From contig OZ316894.1 in NCBI GenBank assembly GCA_973895155.1, positions 1,278,953-1,342,952 of the forward strand: DNA of 64,000 nucleotides, read 5' to 3'. The notes under the pieces are model-generated. The model worked only from the letters and a program-made list of their open reading frames with translations, ran no database searches and was not told where the DNA came from. Every line of letters begins with the position of its first letter. Within the stretch, counting starts at the first letter, position 1. The stretch comes from Marsupella aquatica (taxonomy: Eukaryota > Plantae > Marchantiophyta). Positions 24,979 through 36,861 of this stretch are shown one piece after another. The position numbers and the translations under genes were made by a program.

Positions 24979-27687
24979 TCTCCTGATGGGATTGCAGACA
25001 CATTCGGTGGAAGGGCAGTACCCTGAGTTTCAATAGTGTTGCCTCCCTCTGGTGCTGGTTGTGCATTGACATCCTGGACTTGTTTAGATGAATCCTACAA
25101 TTGTAAGGCTGAAATCAGTATCAAGCGAATCATGTGTTTAGTCCCTATACAATATGGCCACATAGTACACAATGATTTGTACTTACCTTGGTTTTAGTTC
25201 TGGTTTTTCTTTTTGGTTGGGCAATTTTCTCTTTGGTGGGAGCAGTTGTTTGCTTCGTCTTTGAACGTCTAGGTTCACTTTTTTCTGTCTCCGGGGGTGC
25301 CGTTGCTTGCTTGCAATGACAGGGACCTTCCTTTGGTCCCTGTCATTGCAAACTAAGGTGATTGCATGTTTAAATCAAATAAGTACACATAGAATACATT
25401 TTTACCACTGTCTACCCTGGAATGTTCCTCCTTGGCCTATTGAAAACACACTTACCTCAGGCACGGGCTTCTGTGGTTGTACAGATTTCTTGGTTCTCTT
25501 TGATTTCCTCTTAGATTGTTTGGGTGTAGGTCCCTCATGGGATTTAGGAACCTAAAATGCAGTACTCGGAGTACAAGCACATTCAAATAGTAAGTATACA
25601 TTAACATCATGGTATACAACATAACATTGGTGTCCTACTCTTGAACTTGCAGTGTTGATAAAACGTTCTCCACACTGTTTACAGATGTTGCAAAGAACTT
25701 TCATCTATAAACGTTACCTGGTCAGCTTGCTGAGAATCTACGGGAAGGGTGGTGTTGCCGTTCGGTGGTGGCTCTTCAGATTGTTCGGGTGTAGGTCCTT
25801 CATGGGATTCAGGAACCTAAAATGCAATACTCGGAGTATAGGCACATTCAAACAGTAAGTACACATTAACATCATGGTATACAACATAACATTGGTGTCC
25901 TACTCTTGAACTTGCAGTGTTGATAAAACAAGAAACGTTCTCCACACTGTTTACAGATGTTGCAAAGAACTTTCATCTGTAAATGTTACCTGGTCAGCTT
26001 GCTGAGAATCTACGGGAAGGGTGGTGTTGTCGTTCGGTGGTGGCTCTACAGATTGTTCGGGTGTAGGTCCTTCATGGGATTCAGGAACCTAAAATGCAAT
26101 ACTCGGGGTACAGGCGCATTCAAACAGTGAGTATACATTAACATCATGGTATTCAACATAATGTCCTACTCTTGAAATTGCAGTGTTGATAAAATAGGAA
26201 ACGTTCTCCACACTATTTACACATGTTGCAAAGAACTTTCATCTGTAAACGTTACCTGGTCAGCTTGCTGAGAATCTACGGGAAGGGTGGTGTTGCTGTT
26301 CGGTGCTAGCTCTACAGATTTCTTGGTTCTTTTTGTTTTCCGCTTTGATTGGTTGGCTTCGGCTCCTTTGTTGGGAGGAACCTGAAAAAGCAATACTCGG
26401 GCTAAGAGCACTAAACCATCGTGCATACACTCGTGCATACATTGACGGTATACAAATGGGATAATTACATTGGAAGTGCAAATTTTACCTCATCGGCTTC
26501 CTGAGTGTCAACAGGAGGCGTAATTTTCTGTGGAGGCTGCTTCTTGGGTTCGTTTGGCTTCCTGCGTGGCTTTCCTTTCTTCCCTGATTCTTTGACTTTA
26601 GCTTCATCATTCAAAGGAACCTGAAGTTTCGTAGACATTCCGGTCAATGTTGTCAAACTCTGCAGATTCAGAAAAAATCATTGGCAGAATGGGAAGAGGA
26701 ACTATACCTCTGCTGCGTCTTCTTCATCAGAGGACTCATGATAATCTAATCCCCACTTGTCAGGGGTGGGCTTGTACCCCTCCTCATCTGAGGTATCAAC
26801 CCACACTTCGTGAACTCCAGCCTGCAATATGAAAACCGGTGTAAACATTGTGCGTGAAGTATACACAACAATGCAAAGGCAAGTAAAATGATTGTGTTAC
26901 GTACCGCTGCCTCTGCTTCTTCTTGTGACATGCCATCACCTGTGTAATCTTTCACACAATTCCGGCCGGCTGTGGCAATTGATAGATGCTTCTGCTCCTT
27001 TTTCCACTTCACATAGTTTGGATAGGCATGGTCAAAATTGATTTCTTTTGCTCCGACTTTCCACAACAGACTTTCCCTTTTCTTCCTCAAAAACTCCAAG
27101 GCGTCTGCAACAATGAGTTCTCTACTCTCCTCACCTGCTGAAGGTTGGACAGATTGGGCAAGGACATCTCTCAGCGGAAAAAGTACCTATAATAGTCGAC
27201 AATCAACCTGCAAAGCATGCAACTTTCTATCCACAGGCAACTGAGCAGGCAATTGCTGCACATGCTCGGCCCAGTGATACACAACATTGGTGATAGGAGC
27301 AGAGCTGACATGCTCTTGTAACATCTCAAAGAAACTATCGTCTACCAAGCAGCCCCAGCCACTCTTCTCCTTCGGACCAATGTGGTAGACCTTAATAAGA
27401 CGAACAAGCACCGATTTCGATGGAACCAATGGCTCCTTCTTCCCCAGAACTGAAACGCAATAGTCCACCTTCAGTTGATTCTTTTTGCGTTGCTTCGTCA
27501 TTTACCATCTTAGCTTGGCAGTCGACCGCAATCGAATCCATGACGCACCTTCCGTCTTCTTACCACTACTGCTACTGCATTTCTGTGGTTTCTTGGCGGG
27601 ACGAGAGGTGTTGAGTTTTGAACTCAACCAAGGCAGGCCTGGCTCCAACAAATCAGCAGGGAGTTTTCGGCCATGCTTGGTGCTCAA
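24979..27687 (-). pseudogene. MULE convergent accessory gene (mudrB/vanC-like position), 5' exons; function unknown
   Basis: A long first coding segment (about 27500-26905) has an internal TAG at 27187-27189. It is followed by short Lys/Pro-rich exons with GT-AG ends, e.g. phase-0 exons 26256-26381, 25990-26088, 25718-25816 and 25456-25551. Cut by the CACTA. Confidence 0.6.
25520..26310. repeat. About 265-272 bp exon+intron tandem repeat (about 3 units)
   Basis: Near-identical units, each holding an exon such as VPESHEGPTPEQSEEPPPNGNTTLPVDSQQADQ and its intron. Confidence 0.9.
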
Positions 27688-28646
27688 GTGAGTCTGAAAC
27701 GACTTGAACGAAGAGAAACCGCGAGGAGCATGACCGGCGCATATACACTTGAATACGTGGTTCCCCTGCTCGCCTACACGGTATCAAAAATGCTGTCCCT
27801 CCTTTGCCAATGTTAGTTTCTTGGCATGGGGCACCATGACTACCTTGGTTGGGTTCAAAACCCAACCGACCTGCCCAACGTTCACTTGTTGATCTCCCTG
27901 AATCGCTCTCAACAGTCACTCCAATCACCCGACAGGCAATCCCAAGTGATTTCACAATCCCCCTTCACCAGCACCAGCTCCCTGAATCGCTCTATACTCA
28001 CTCACTCCCAATCGTGCGCAGTCCCCCATGACCAGCTCCCTAAATCGATCGCTCCCAATCGCTCCCAATCGCTCCCAATCGCGCGCAATCCCCCTTCACC
28101 AGCACATCAGGCCTTCGATCGATCGATTTGCGAGCTCCAATAGTGGAATCCCTCCCTAAAACAATCCTCCTCGCTCATCGGCCGCCATCTCTCTAAAATC
28201 CTAAACCCTCACCAAAGATAAGGCATACGCGCAACTGATCATGCACCCTAAACCCTAGCAATGAAGTAGCAAAGCAGACGCAACGTAGACGTGTTACATG
28301 AAATTATAGAATTCAAAGAATACATACACCATGTAGTATTCTGTGTTGTATTCTCAACATACAAAAGAATGTTGCAACGTGTTACATAACAGATAGATCA
28401 GAGAATACATAAACAATGTTGTATTCTATTCATAACACAAGAGAATATACCCATTACCCAATACAGGTTTTCAAAATTATGCAATTGAATAGCTCCCCCA
28501 ATACTCATCTGAAATGCGAATTGTTCATCATTGAAGCTACGGAGAATGCTAAATGACACTAAATCATCTTACCAAACCACCAATCTCTTCAAGAAATAAC
28601 AAGAATACAACAACCAAAACGTATTCTGCATGACACAACATCCCTA

Positions 28647-29285
28647 TCATTTGCCTTTCGAGTCTTCGGCGGATTCGATGGTGGACAAACGAAACTTTGA
28701 AATCATTGCTGCAGTCACCTCCAACTGCTGCATAAGGACATCAGCATCCACAAGATTGCTTCTGCTGATCACTTTCTCAACTCTTGTTCTCACAGGGGCA
28801 CGACTAGGAGGGCATCGCCACATCTCAACAACAAGCTTATTCACAACAGCAGAGTGTCGTCCTGTTTTAATCCACACTAGACAGTATGGGATCTGAGAAA
28901 TTTGTTGGTGCATTGTTTCAAGCTGGCGAATGGTACCATACTCTGCAAATTCGTCAGCAGTCATGTCCACAAGCTCTCGTGCAGCTTGAAAGATAGTGGC
29001 CTTGAATGGCCCAGTGTTCTCATATGCATCCACCATGCAAATATCGAACCTATACAAATGACAATTGTTACCGTCTACCAGTGGGTCGTGCTTGCATTGC
29101 TCCGCTGCCTCAATGGACTTCCCACAAACCAAACCACCGCCAATGCCATGCCTGCAACCTCTGTAAGTGAACTTTCTGGGCCATGGGAAATCAGAGTGAA
29201 AATTACAAACATATACCAGGATTGGCCCAATGATGCTGTCTGGCCGCTCCTTCATTGCAATTTGCACATCCTCAAGGGTCGACAT
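28647..29285 (-). CDS. RPA70 C-terminal-like zinc-ribbon OB-fold protein (MULE cargo)
   Basis: Intact 212-aa ORF from the internal Met: FTYRGC...VCGKSI...C...YRFDICMVD...GPFKATIFQAARELVDMTADEF. This fits the Rep_fac-A_C pattern YxAC..CxKK...YxxxxxxxDxTG....xF...A..L.G.xA.E. Confidence 0.7.
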   Translation of the reverse strand: MSTLEDVQIAMKERPDSIIGPILVYVCNFHSDFPWPRKFTYRGCRHGIGGGLVCGKSIEAAEQCKHDPLVDGNNCHLYRFDICMVDAYENTGPFKATIFQAARELVDMTADEFAEYGTIRQLETMHQQISQIPYCLVWIKTGRHSAVVNKLVVEMWRCPPSRAPVRTRVEKVISRSNLVDADVLMQQLEVTAAMISKFRLSTIESAEDSKGK

Positions 29286-30478
29286 AGCAGGAACACGAGC
29301 AAGAACACGAGCGGGAATAGCAGGAACAACAAGAACCAGCAACACAAGCCGGAACCAGCAACATGAGAAAATGCGAGAAAATGTCGAGAAACAAACCAAA
29401 TGACAACAAAACAGGTTCCGAAAGGGTTCCATAAAGGGCGGGCACATTTGAATTTTGAAAATTATTCCTTTAAGATTTGTACACATTATGGACAATGTCT
29501 TCATAACGGCAAGGAGGTTCGGGGAGGTACGGCTTGCCGGCTGTTGCAAGCTCCAATAAACTATTTCCTTTGTATCTTGAACACTAAAGTGACAATGTAT
29601 TCTGAAATCTTGTGAGGCCGGGCATGAAGGCTCCAATTCCACCGCAAACTCGTTCAATTATTGTTTTGAATACAATAGTCATACTGTATTCACAAAAACT
29701 GCCATGATGCTGAGCGGAGCTCGATTGCCGCCAGGGCTACAACGCTTGTGGACTACGACGTTATTGACGGCCGACTACACATGACCAACCACGGTTTCCA
29801 GAGGGTACGCAGTGGACTCGAACTGCGTGGTAAGCTGTTTCATAAGAACACGCCTGTACGAAGTGGGCCCGGAGGTCCATTGGGAGAGAATCTAAACTTT
29901 GGGGTCCATTGGGAGGGCGTGGGAAACTTTTGGTCCATTAAGAGAGAAAGTTGCATTTGGAGGTCCACTAAGTATATCTCTCGTGACAAATAGGGTCATT
30001 TTTGGGCGACAAATGACAAGTTGTTGTGTCCGACAACACGACAAGTTGTCCGACAACACGACAAGTTGTCCGACAGCTCAAACCGGGCCATGAACATAAT
30101 CATCCGTGGCAGTTCAACTAGCCTCAAGGCCAAAAATTTCTTCTAATTTAATGATGCCTTGCAAGCATTCAATTTCATACTACAATGAGAAATAGTACAA
30201 GAATTCTTTAAATATTTACATGTTGTCTTCATCTCTCTTTGACCCTAGAGCAGAATTCATTTAGTTGCAATTGGTTCCCTCCATTCGGCTGTACTTTAAG
30301 GAAGTTGAGAATTTTAAGTCCTTCCATGATCAATTTCAAAATTGCAACATTCATGCTAACATTAAAGCTCTTTTTTGCTTCCAAAACTTCACGTCATAAA
30401 GACAACATGCAAAATTATATGTCTCCTTGATTGGATACAAATTCATTTAATGATTTTTCCAATTTCCATCAAATCCTA

Positions 30479-30848
30479 GAACTTAAAGCCCTCATGGACA
30501 CACACGTTTGGAAGTAAGCCTGGATGGACACACACAACCCGAGCTTCATTTTTTGCTTGTGTAACACACTTTTTGATTGTACTCCCAAAGTGACCTGTAA
30601 GGAGGTATGTGACCGGGACCAGACAGTTTTCGGTTGATTCTTCTAATAGTCCGCCCACTTTTTCCTCCCTGGAAGGATCCAGTGACCATCTAACTCAACC
30701 ATAAAGTCAAAAGCAGGGTTTCCTTCCGTCAATGAAAGATGGTAATCCGTTGTTAGGTGTAATTGGAGATTCTTCTTACAGTGTCACATGGTTGTGTCCA
30801 TCCGGGTAGTCCCAACAAACGTGTGTGTCCATGAGGGCTTTAAGTTCC
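30479..30848. mobile_element. MITE, probably Mutator-type, about 370 bp
   Basis: Perfect 32-bp inverted repeat GAACTTAAAGCCCTCATGGACACACACGTTTG that extends imperfectly inward. Degenerate 9-bp flanks CAAATCCTA / AAAATCCGA. Confidence 0.75.
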
Positions 30849-31499
30849 AAAATCCGAACATAGATTTTTCCTTTATCAAAACACAATATTATTCCATTGT
30901 CAACGTATTATGCCTCATCAATCATGCACTATACGCTTTGTTGTAGCTCCTCTTCAAAATTATCTATGGTGGCAATGGAATCAAAATGTCAATCTAGACT
31001 CTGCATTGCCATGTTAAGTACAGCACAATTTCTTGTTTTGGGTGAGGAAATGATGGATTATGTGAAGGGCAGTCAGATGTGAACAATCTTGGATAAAGCT
31101 TGCATTGAAAGGAATAATTTTTTTCACCAAAAAAATGGCAAACCCCAAGCAGCCGCCCCCCAAAGACAAATGCCACCTGGAGGAAGAAGGCCATAGCCCA
31201 TGGCAAACACGACCAAACAAAGGTTAAACCAAACGTAGTCAGGCCATGGAACCCTAAGCGCCCACCACTTCATGGCCTGCTCCATGCATATGTCCTCATA
31301 GTTGCTCTATACTCATGTTGTCAATCAGAATTCCCTTAGTTCCTCATCATTTTGCTATTATGGATCTTTGAACTAAATAAAAACTTCCTCTTAGTCTTGC
31401 TACTGTGATCCTCATGCCCCGGGAAGACCCCATTGCTCGGAGTCCTGGCGTCCTGAAGATCAAATATCTTCCCGTTCACCATCGGTAGTGCTTACGGAA

Positions 31500-32600
31500 A
31501 CCAGGCTGTCAATCTTCTCCCATGGCTGCAGCAAAATTTGCAATTGATCAACAGTGGCTCTTAGCTGCTTGCTTTTGGTGGCAAACTTGCTCATATGGAT
31601 TTCAGACTGAGTGTCAGTTTATCTGAGGACCACTCATTAAGGGAGTCTTCTGAGAAAATGCAAGTAGGTTGCTTAGTTTCTCTCTTTCCATCAGCAAAAT
31701 AATTTGTCCTAGTTTCCGCTTCTGAGTTTGGATTGCACTGTTAATGGCCTCTAAAAGGGAGTTGTGGGATGACTTGAAGGCAGGGACCCTTGCACCAGAT
31801 TTTGCACCTCCTACAACCTATCATTCACGTGGTGCAATTTGAAAAACATGTGTTCAGTGTGCTCAAAGCCACCTTTGATCAAGAGCAGATGCTATCATAA
31901 ACCTCCATTAATGGATTCCCCTACAGTTTGTGAACGAGTTTGTGAAAAACCCATGCATGATTAAGTAAAAGTCAGAGACAAAAATCTCACCTTAACCTCA
32001 CCTTGGAGAGGGACCAGCACCCCCTCCCCAAGCAGTTTCTTCCACCTGCCCTGCCAGACCTCCTTTGCATTCATTTGTCCCCATCTCCAGTTCAACTTAG
32101 TGATGTGTTGTGTTTGGGGTAGAGAACAGTTAACGCAAACATGATTGGGGTCATCCATCCCTGATTCCCTGATTCTTCCCATTCCACATCCATTGCCATG
32201 CAACCAATTCTCACTCAGACCGGGGCTTTTCTTGAACAAATTGTAGAAACTGGTGAGTTTCTCATGTCCACTTGGCCTGTTGTTCCAAACCCTGGTGTGA
32301 AGGGTGTCTACCAAACTGGGTTGGCAAGCCACTGGTTTGGTATTCCTGGTGGCCAGATATCTTCTGAACCCATCTCCTTCCTGCTCAGAAAGATGGGTGA
32401 TTCTGGAATACAACAGGATGGTTTGCTTGGTGGTGAGAGATAGGGCAGAGTACCAATGCCAAAGTTGAATTTCAGGTGCTGAAACATGTACAATCCACCC
32501 TCTCATCTTGCTTTTCAGAGTGGGAGGTCCTTTAATAACTATCTTGTCACTCGGAAGAAGTGCCTCAGTAGGTGAACACCAGCGTCTTTCTTTCTTCCAT
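31500..32600 (-). mobile_element. Decayed LINE ORF2 C-terminal (zf-RVT) remnant
   Basis: Minus strand reads KLNWRW...WQGRWKKL...KVRFL, then LIMHGFFTN and DSICS...GFEHTEHMFF, the usual L1 zinc-finger context, broken by stops and frameshifts. Boundaries approximate. Confidence 0.55.
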
Positions 32601-33299
32601 GTTTTGGTCCTTATTGCTAGATAATTATCTTCTTGTACTGGAAATGAAGCCAGGAATGACTACCATGTTACACACAGTGCTCCTGGCCGTGAAACACATT
32701 TTGGTGGTCCATGGGAATTTAGGGCCCATAACTTGATGATTATGAGCCCTATAACAATTTTCAGTTTTGCACCTGCAAGACAACTTACTAGAGAAGGAGG
32801 AGACAACAGGAAAAACACAAACCCAAATATCTCATACTAACACAATGAACATTATTTAATGAAATTTACCCCTCCTCAATTTGTGAGTTTTCACTTTGAC
32901 CAAGTGTAGCTTACCTACTCCTCTTGCATATCTCCATGAACTATTAAGTATTTGAATCTATGAGTATCTAGTTATAAGAATTAAACTAAAATGTTACAAA
33001 ATGTGGTCCATGGGGCTTCAATTTCTCTTGTACTTGTTGCATTTTATACTAAATTTTATATTAAATTGATTACTACACTTACGAAGAAACACATATGAAA
33101 CACATTTTTAATGCCTTACAAGAGAAGTCTTAGGCTTAGATGTTCATTTCAACTTGGTCATAAAAAATATGATTGAGTACTATACTAAACAGCAAAACAT
33201 CCAAAAGCTGCTCTCCAAAGGTATTGGCAAGGTAAACATGCTGCTTTATTGGCTATATTTAACACAAAGAGTTATAAGTGTTTTCTTTGTTCCTCTGCA

Positions 33300-36200
33300 G
33301 GTATTCTATTCCAAATGTGTGAAAATTTAAGCTAAGATGGATCAAGGGTTTGTTTTGCCCATCTTCGTGGACTATGACACATCCATGTTGCTTCATTTAA
33401 TTCACACTCAAATTTTACTGACGGCTATCTTTGGAAGGACGCTAAGTCATGTTTGAGAAGGACCCCCCAAGCCAGTTTTCTAGTAACCTCATCCAACTGT
33501 AAAATGTTAACTTTTGGCAACTTGTGCATTTATTTGGATAACCTTTGAATACTTACTTAAGCTCAAACTTTTCCAGCGTGTTTTTGATGTTCAACCTATT
33601 ACCTGAAAAAGTTTCAGATTTATCTGAGATCACTTGCTGCATTGCCAATGAGTGCAAAAATGGTCAAATACTTTAAAGTAACTGCCAGGGAAGGGACACT
33701 GCACTTTTGTGAAGTTTGGGCACAAGCACTGATTTACCACTTTGGGAAAAGATTTTGGTCAAAATTATCAAGTGTGCTACCCAAGCATTTTTTTTGTTTT
33801 CAATTCGTCCATCCCAGCTTTTGAAAATCCACGGGGGCTTCAGAGCAAACCCCGTGGTCCATCTAGGGTTAGTGCTCCAATTTAGCTCTAAAATATGTAG
33901 TCACTAAAATAAAACCAGTTCATAATAGTTTTCATTCACATCATGAGAGGTAAACTACTGTCCACAAAGAGAATCCATGGAAATGAAGGCACAAGGTTCA
34001 AAACATTTGGATAATGAGATCTCTCTATTGATAAAGTGGAGTCATCACTGGAAGAAAGTAAATCTATTGTGTATCAGTCATGGTTCAAGCTCTCATGAGG
34101 CAAATAGGGACGTCCCCAAAACTATTCTCATTGATGAAGACATATGTTGGAGGAGGGTCCCCAAAATACCAAAATGCAATCCAGACAAGATTTGCTCATT
34201 CTTCTCACTACGGATCAGGGAATGATGAAGCAGGTTGCGTGAACATACGAACATACTCATCACTTGATGTTTATCCTTAAAACCAAATTATCAATCGTTA
34301 CTGCTCTTCTAACTTTTTAATAATGAGCCATACATAATCATATGATCTTTGATTATTGTAACAAGAGCGAGTGCCCACTATTGTACTTGATCACTGTCCA
34401 GGAATTGGTGCAAACCTTGAAAATCAAGTTTTAAATTAGAGCAAAAAAAGTTCTCTCACAATGGAATGGTTAGATTTATACATTGTAGGTGCAATTGTCT
34501 TGTGATAAAGAGGGGAGGCATCAAAGTGGCGCAATTTGACAGTGCTTGGAGCCCTAGGTTGCTTGCTTTTAGGTGTGAACACATTGTCTGGAGACCATCC
34601 ACACCATGAGGATAGACCTGTGAGTGTGTCCTAAAGGTCTCTCTTGCACTCTTGATCACTAGAGAGATAACGAATTAAGTTTATTCATTATTTTAGCATG
34701 TGGCTAGAATGGGATTCTGAAATTTCCCAATTTAAACTAAATTGATCATTTTCTGACAAAATTTGAATGTTTTTAATAACACATCTGATGTACCTAACTT
34801 CTAAAGATACCCAAAACCTTTGCAATCATACATCATTTTATTGTTTTGTTTGGAGTGATGGTAATCTGATCAAGTACCACCAGTACGTCAAAATTTCTCA
34901 GTTTGGTTATGCTGGATGCATATTTCATTGGCAGGCATATTCATACTTGCACATCCGGAACAAAGAATTTCCATGGGGTAAGCAAGTGTATGTTGTGATA
35001 GTCATAAAATATGAGAGATGGCAGTTAGTCTGATGGGCGTGAATCCTTTACTTAATTCAAAACATATTGAGAATGAAGTGAGCTTGAATGCACACTTTTG
35101 TATGGAAAAAATACCCTGGCTAGCCATTTTTAGTATTGAACAAACTCATTCAAAGCATTGAAAAATGGCATTGATAGCTAGTTCCATATACTAATCACTT
35201 TGCCACAATGCCTTACCAAAAGAATCAAAAACTGTTTTTAATGATGAGTAATTGATTTCATTTGAAGCGATTGAAAACATGAGATAATTGTCTGTAGATG
35301 CTTTGGTTTGATACACAAACACTTTTTGCATATTTTTTCCTGATCAGTCAAGCTAATGAGAAGGTGTAGCATCATTCAATTAGATAACCCAGATTCTCAT
35401 TGACTTCAATTAACATATGCTAATATTATTTCATGAATTGTAAACAGCTTGTACAAAATCCTTATTTCATGCTCTAGGAATGAATCCATTACCACACTAT
35501 TTCCTCTACCAAGGCTGTTCAGTGAAAGCAACTTAGGAGCACCCTATTGCTATGATGGTTGAGGTTCAAAAAAGAGAGGCAAACTATTTTTTCTAACGCA
35601 GATGCTATATATGTCACTGATGATAAATAATTGCTTTTTCTAACGCAGATGCTATATATGTCACTGATGATAAATAATTGTTGTAGGTCCAAATGGGCTG
35701 TTTGAATACGAGACAGACGAATGATGGAAGGACAGCCCGTGCATCACTTTCTTGAAGAGCACTTGGCAGACTTTAGGGATTAAATTAAATTATTTGTATT
35801 AATGTATGTGACGCTATCATCCTAGAATATTTTGTACCTGAGCTTCCTCCTAGATTATTTCCCTGATCCCAGTCAACATGTCTCATACTTCCTATTCAAT
35901 CAACCATTTGCAGTTTTTTTAGAATTCTGGAGAAACCACCATTCCACTTGGAGATGAGCTTTCCCTGCTTGGTGCAATCAGTTTAGCTAAAGTACTGTAG
36001 TAAGCACAACTTCAACTTCTCTTGAAAGTGAAATGATCAATTGGAAATTCCCCCCATGACTGATCCAGACCATTGATACACCTCAAATCAATATACCCAA
36101 AGCTTCACGGGGTCCATGAAGTAACACTTTACATGTTGGGGGTCAATCAAGTAAATGTCTCTATGGAAGTCTTGAAACCCGTCTTGCTTTTGACATTCAT

Positions 36201-36500
36201 AATGTTGGCAAGCTGATATAAGTCATTACTTTACTTTATGTCACGTACTCTGAACATTATATTCCTTCTCCATGCAAGTTTGGCAGAGACAGATAGGCTT
36301 ATCACCCAATTAGTTTTGCTAGTCCAGCTCCTTTGTGCTTAAGAAAAGAATTCCAGGTTTAGTTTCCCACTATTTCTCTCTTGTTTCCTGATGAAAACCA
36401 CCTATTTTGCTGCTTTCTAAGAGAGGGCTTCAAAAGATCCCTCACTTTTGTTGAGCATAAAGGAAGATATGACATCATTTCAAGATTCCATTAATTGCTA
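33300..36500 (-). mobile_element. Probable highly decayed LINE endonuclease/RT remnant
   Basis: Only weak motif traces on the minus strand: QET near 36385, a MGG(D)F-like stretch near 36050 and a Y(L)G.P-like stretch near 34160, in the right order. Confidence 0.35.
35588..35680. repeat. 47-bp direct tandem duplication
   Basis: TTTTTCTAACGCAGATGCTATATATGTCACTGATGATAAATAATTG twice. Confidence 0.9.
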
Positions 36501-36861
36501 GAGGCAATTGGGAGGATCTACCTTTGATGTCTCCTCGTGTACTTGAGGAGATGCCCCTTAAAAATTGCTCTCCAACGAGCCCAATATGGCTCACTTTTGT
36601 TCAGTAATAAAGTGGATATAAATTATAAAGTTTGCTGTCATTTATAATTCAGTTTCCAGTTGTAGCAGAGAATGTCCATAGACCACAGTAACTGAACCAA
36701 TTCTCCAAATCTAAGTGGTTAGAAACCTCAAAGTGTGTCCATATACACCCTAATGTTTTTGTCTAGTAGTGATGTGTAAATGATTCTTGCATATTGGAGA
36801 GGATTGAGTAGGAAAAATGCAGCACATGCCCAATAAAAGTACATGTTACATAATGACCACA

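Larger units (their letters stand above)
2626..29982 (+). mobile_element. Mutator-like element (MULE), about 10.3 kb own sequence plus the nested CACTA
   Basis: TIRs 2626-2716 and 29863-29982 begin GAG(G/A)GATATACTTAGTGGACCTCCAAATGCAAC; the right TIR has one extra subrepeat. 10-bp TSD GCGACAAATA (2616-2625) / GTGACAAATA (29983-29992), one CpG>TpG difference. Internal MuDR-type transposase. Confidence 0.92.
2008..30087. mobile_element. Non-autonomous hAT-like DNA transposon (about 0.7 kb own sequence: 2008-2625 plus 29993-30087), split by the MULE
   Basis: Perfect 8-bp TSD CCATGAAC at 2000-2007 and 30088-30095. Terminal inverted repeat CCCGGTTTG...CAAACCGGG. TTGTCCGACAA/GACAAGTTGTC subterminal motifs at both ends and a GGCCCGG-rich interior. 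The 8-bp TSD fits hAT; the superfamily is inferred. Confidence 0.75.

Noticed and set aside
29286-29657. N-terminal 124 aa of the 336-aa ORF
   Set aside because: Non-ATG start and low-complexity leader-like sequence; the recognisable domain begins after the Met at 29285.
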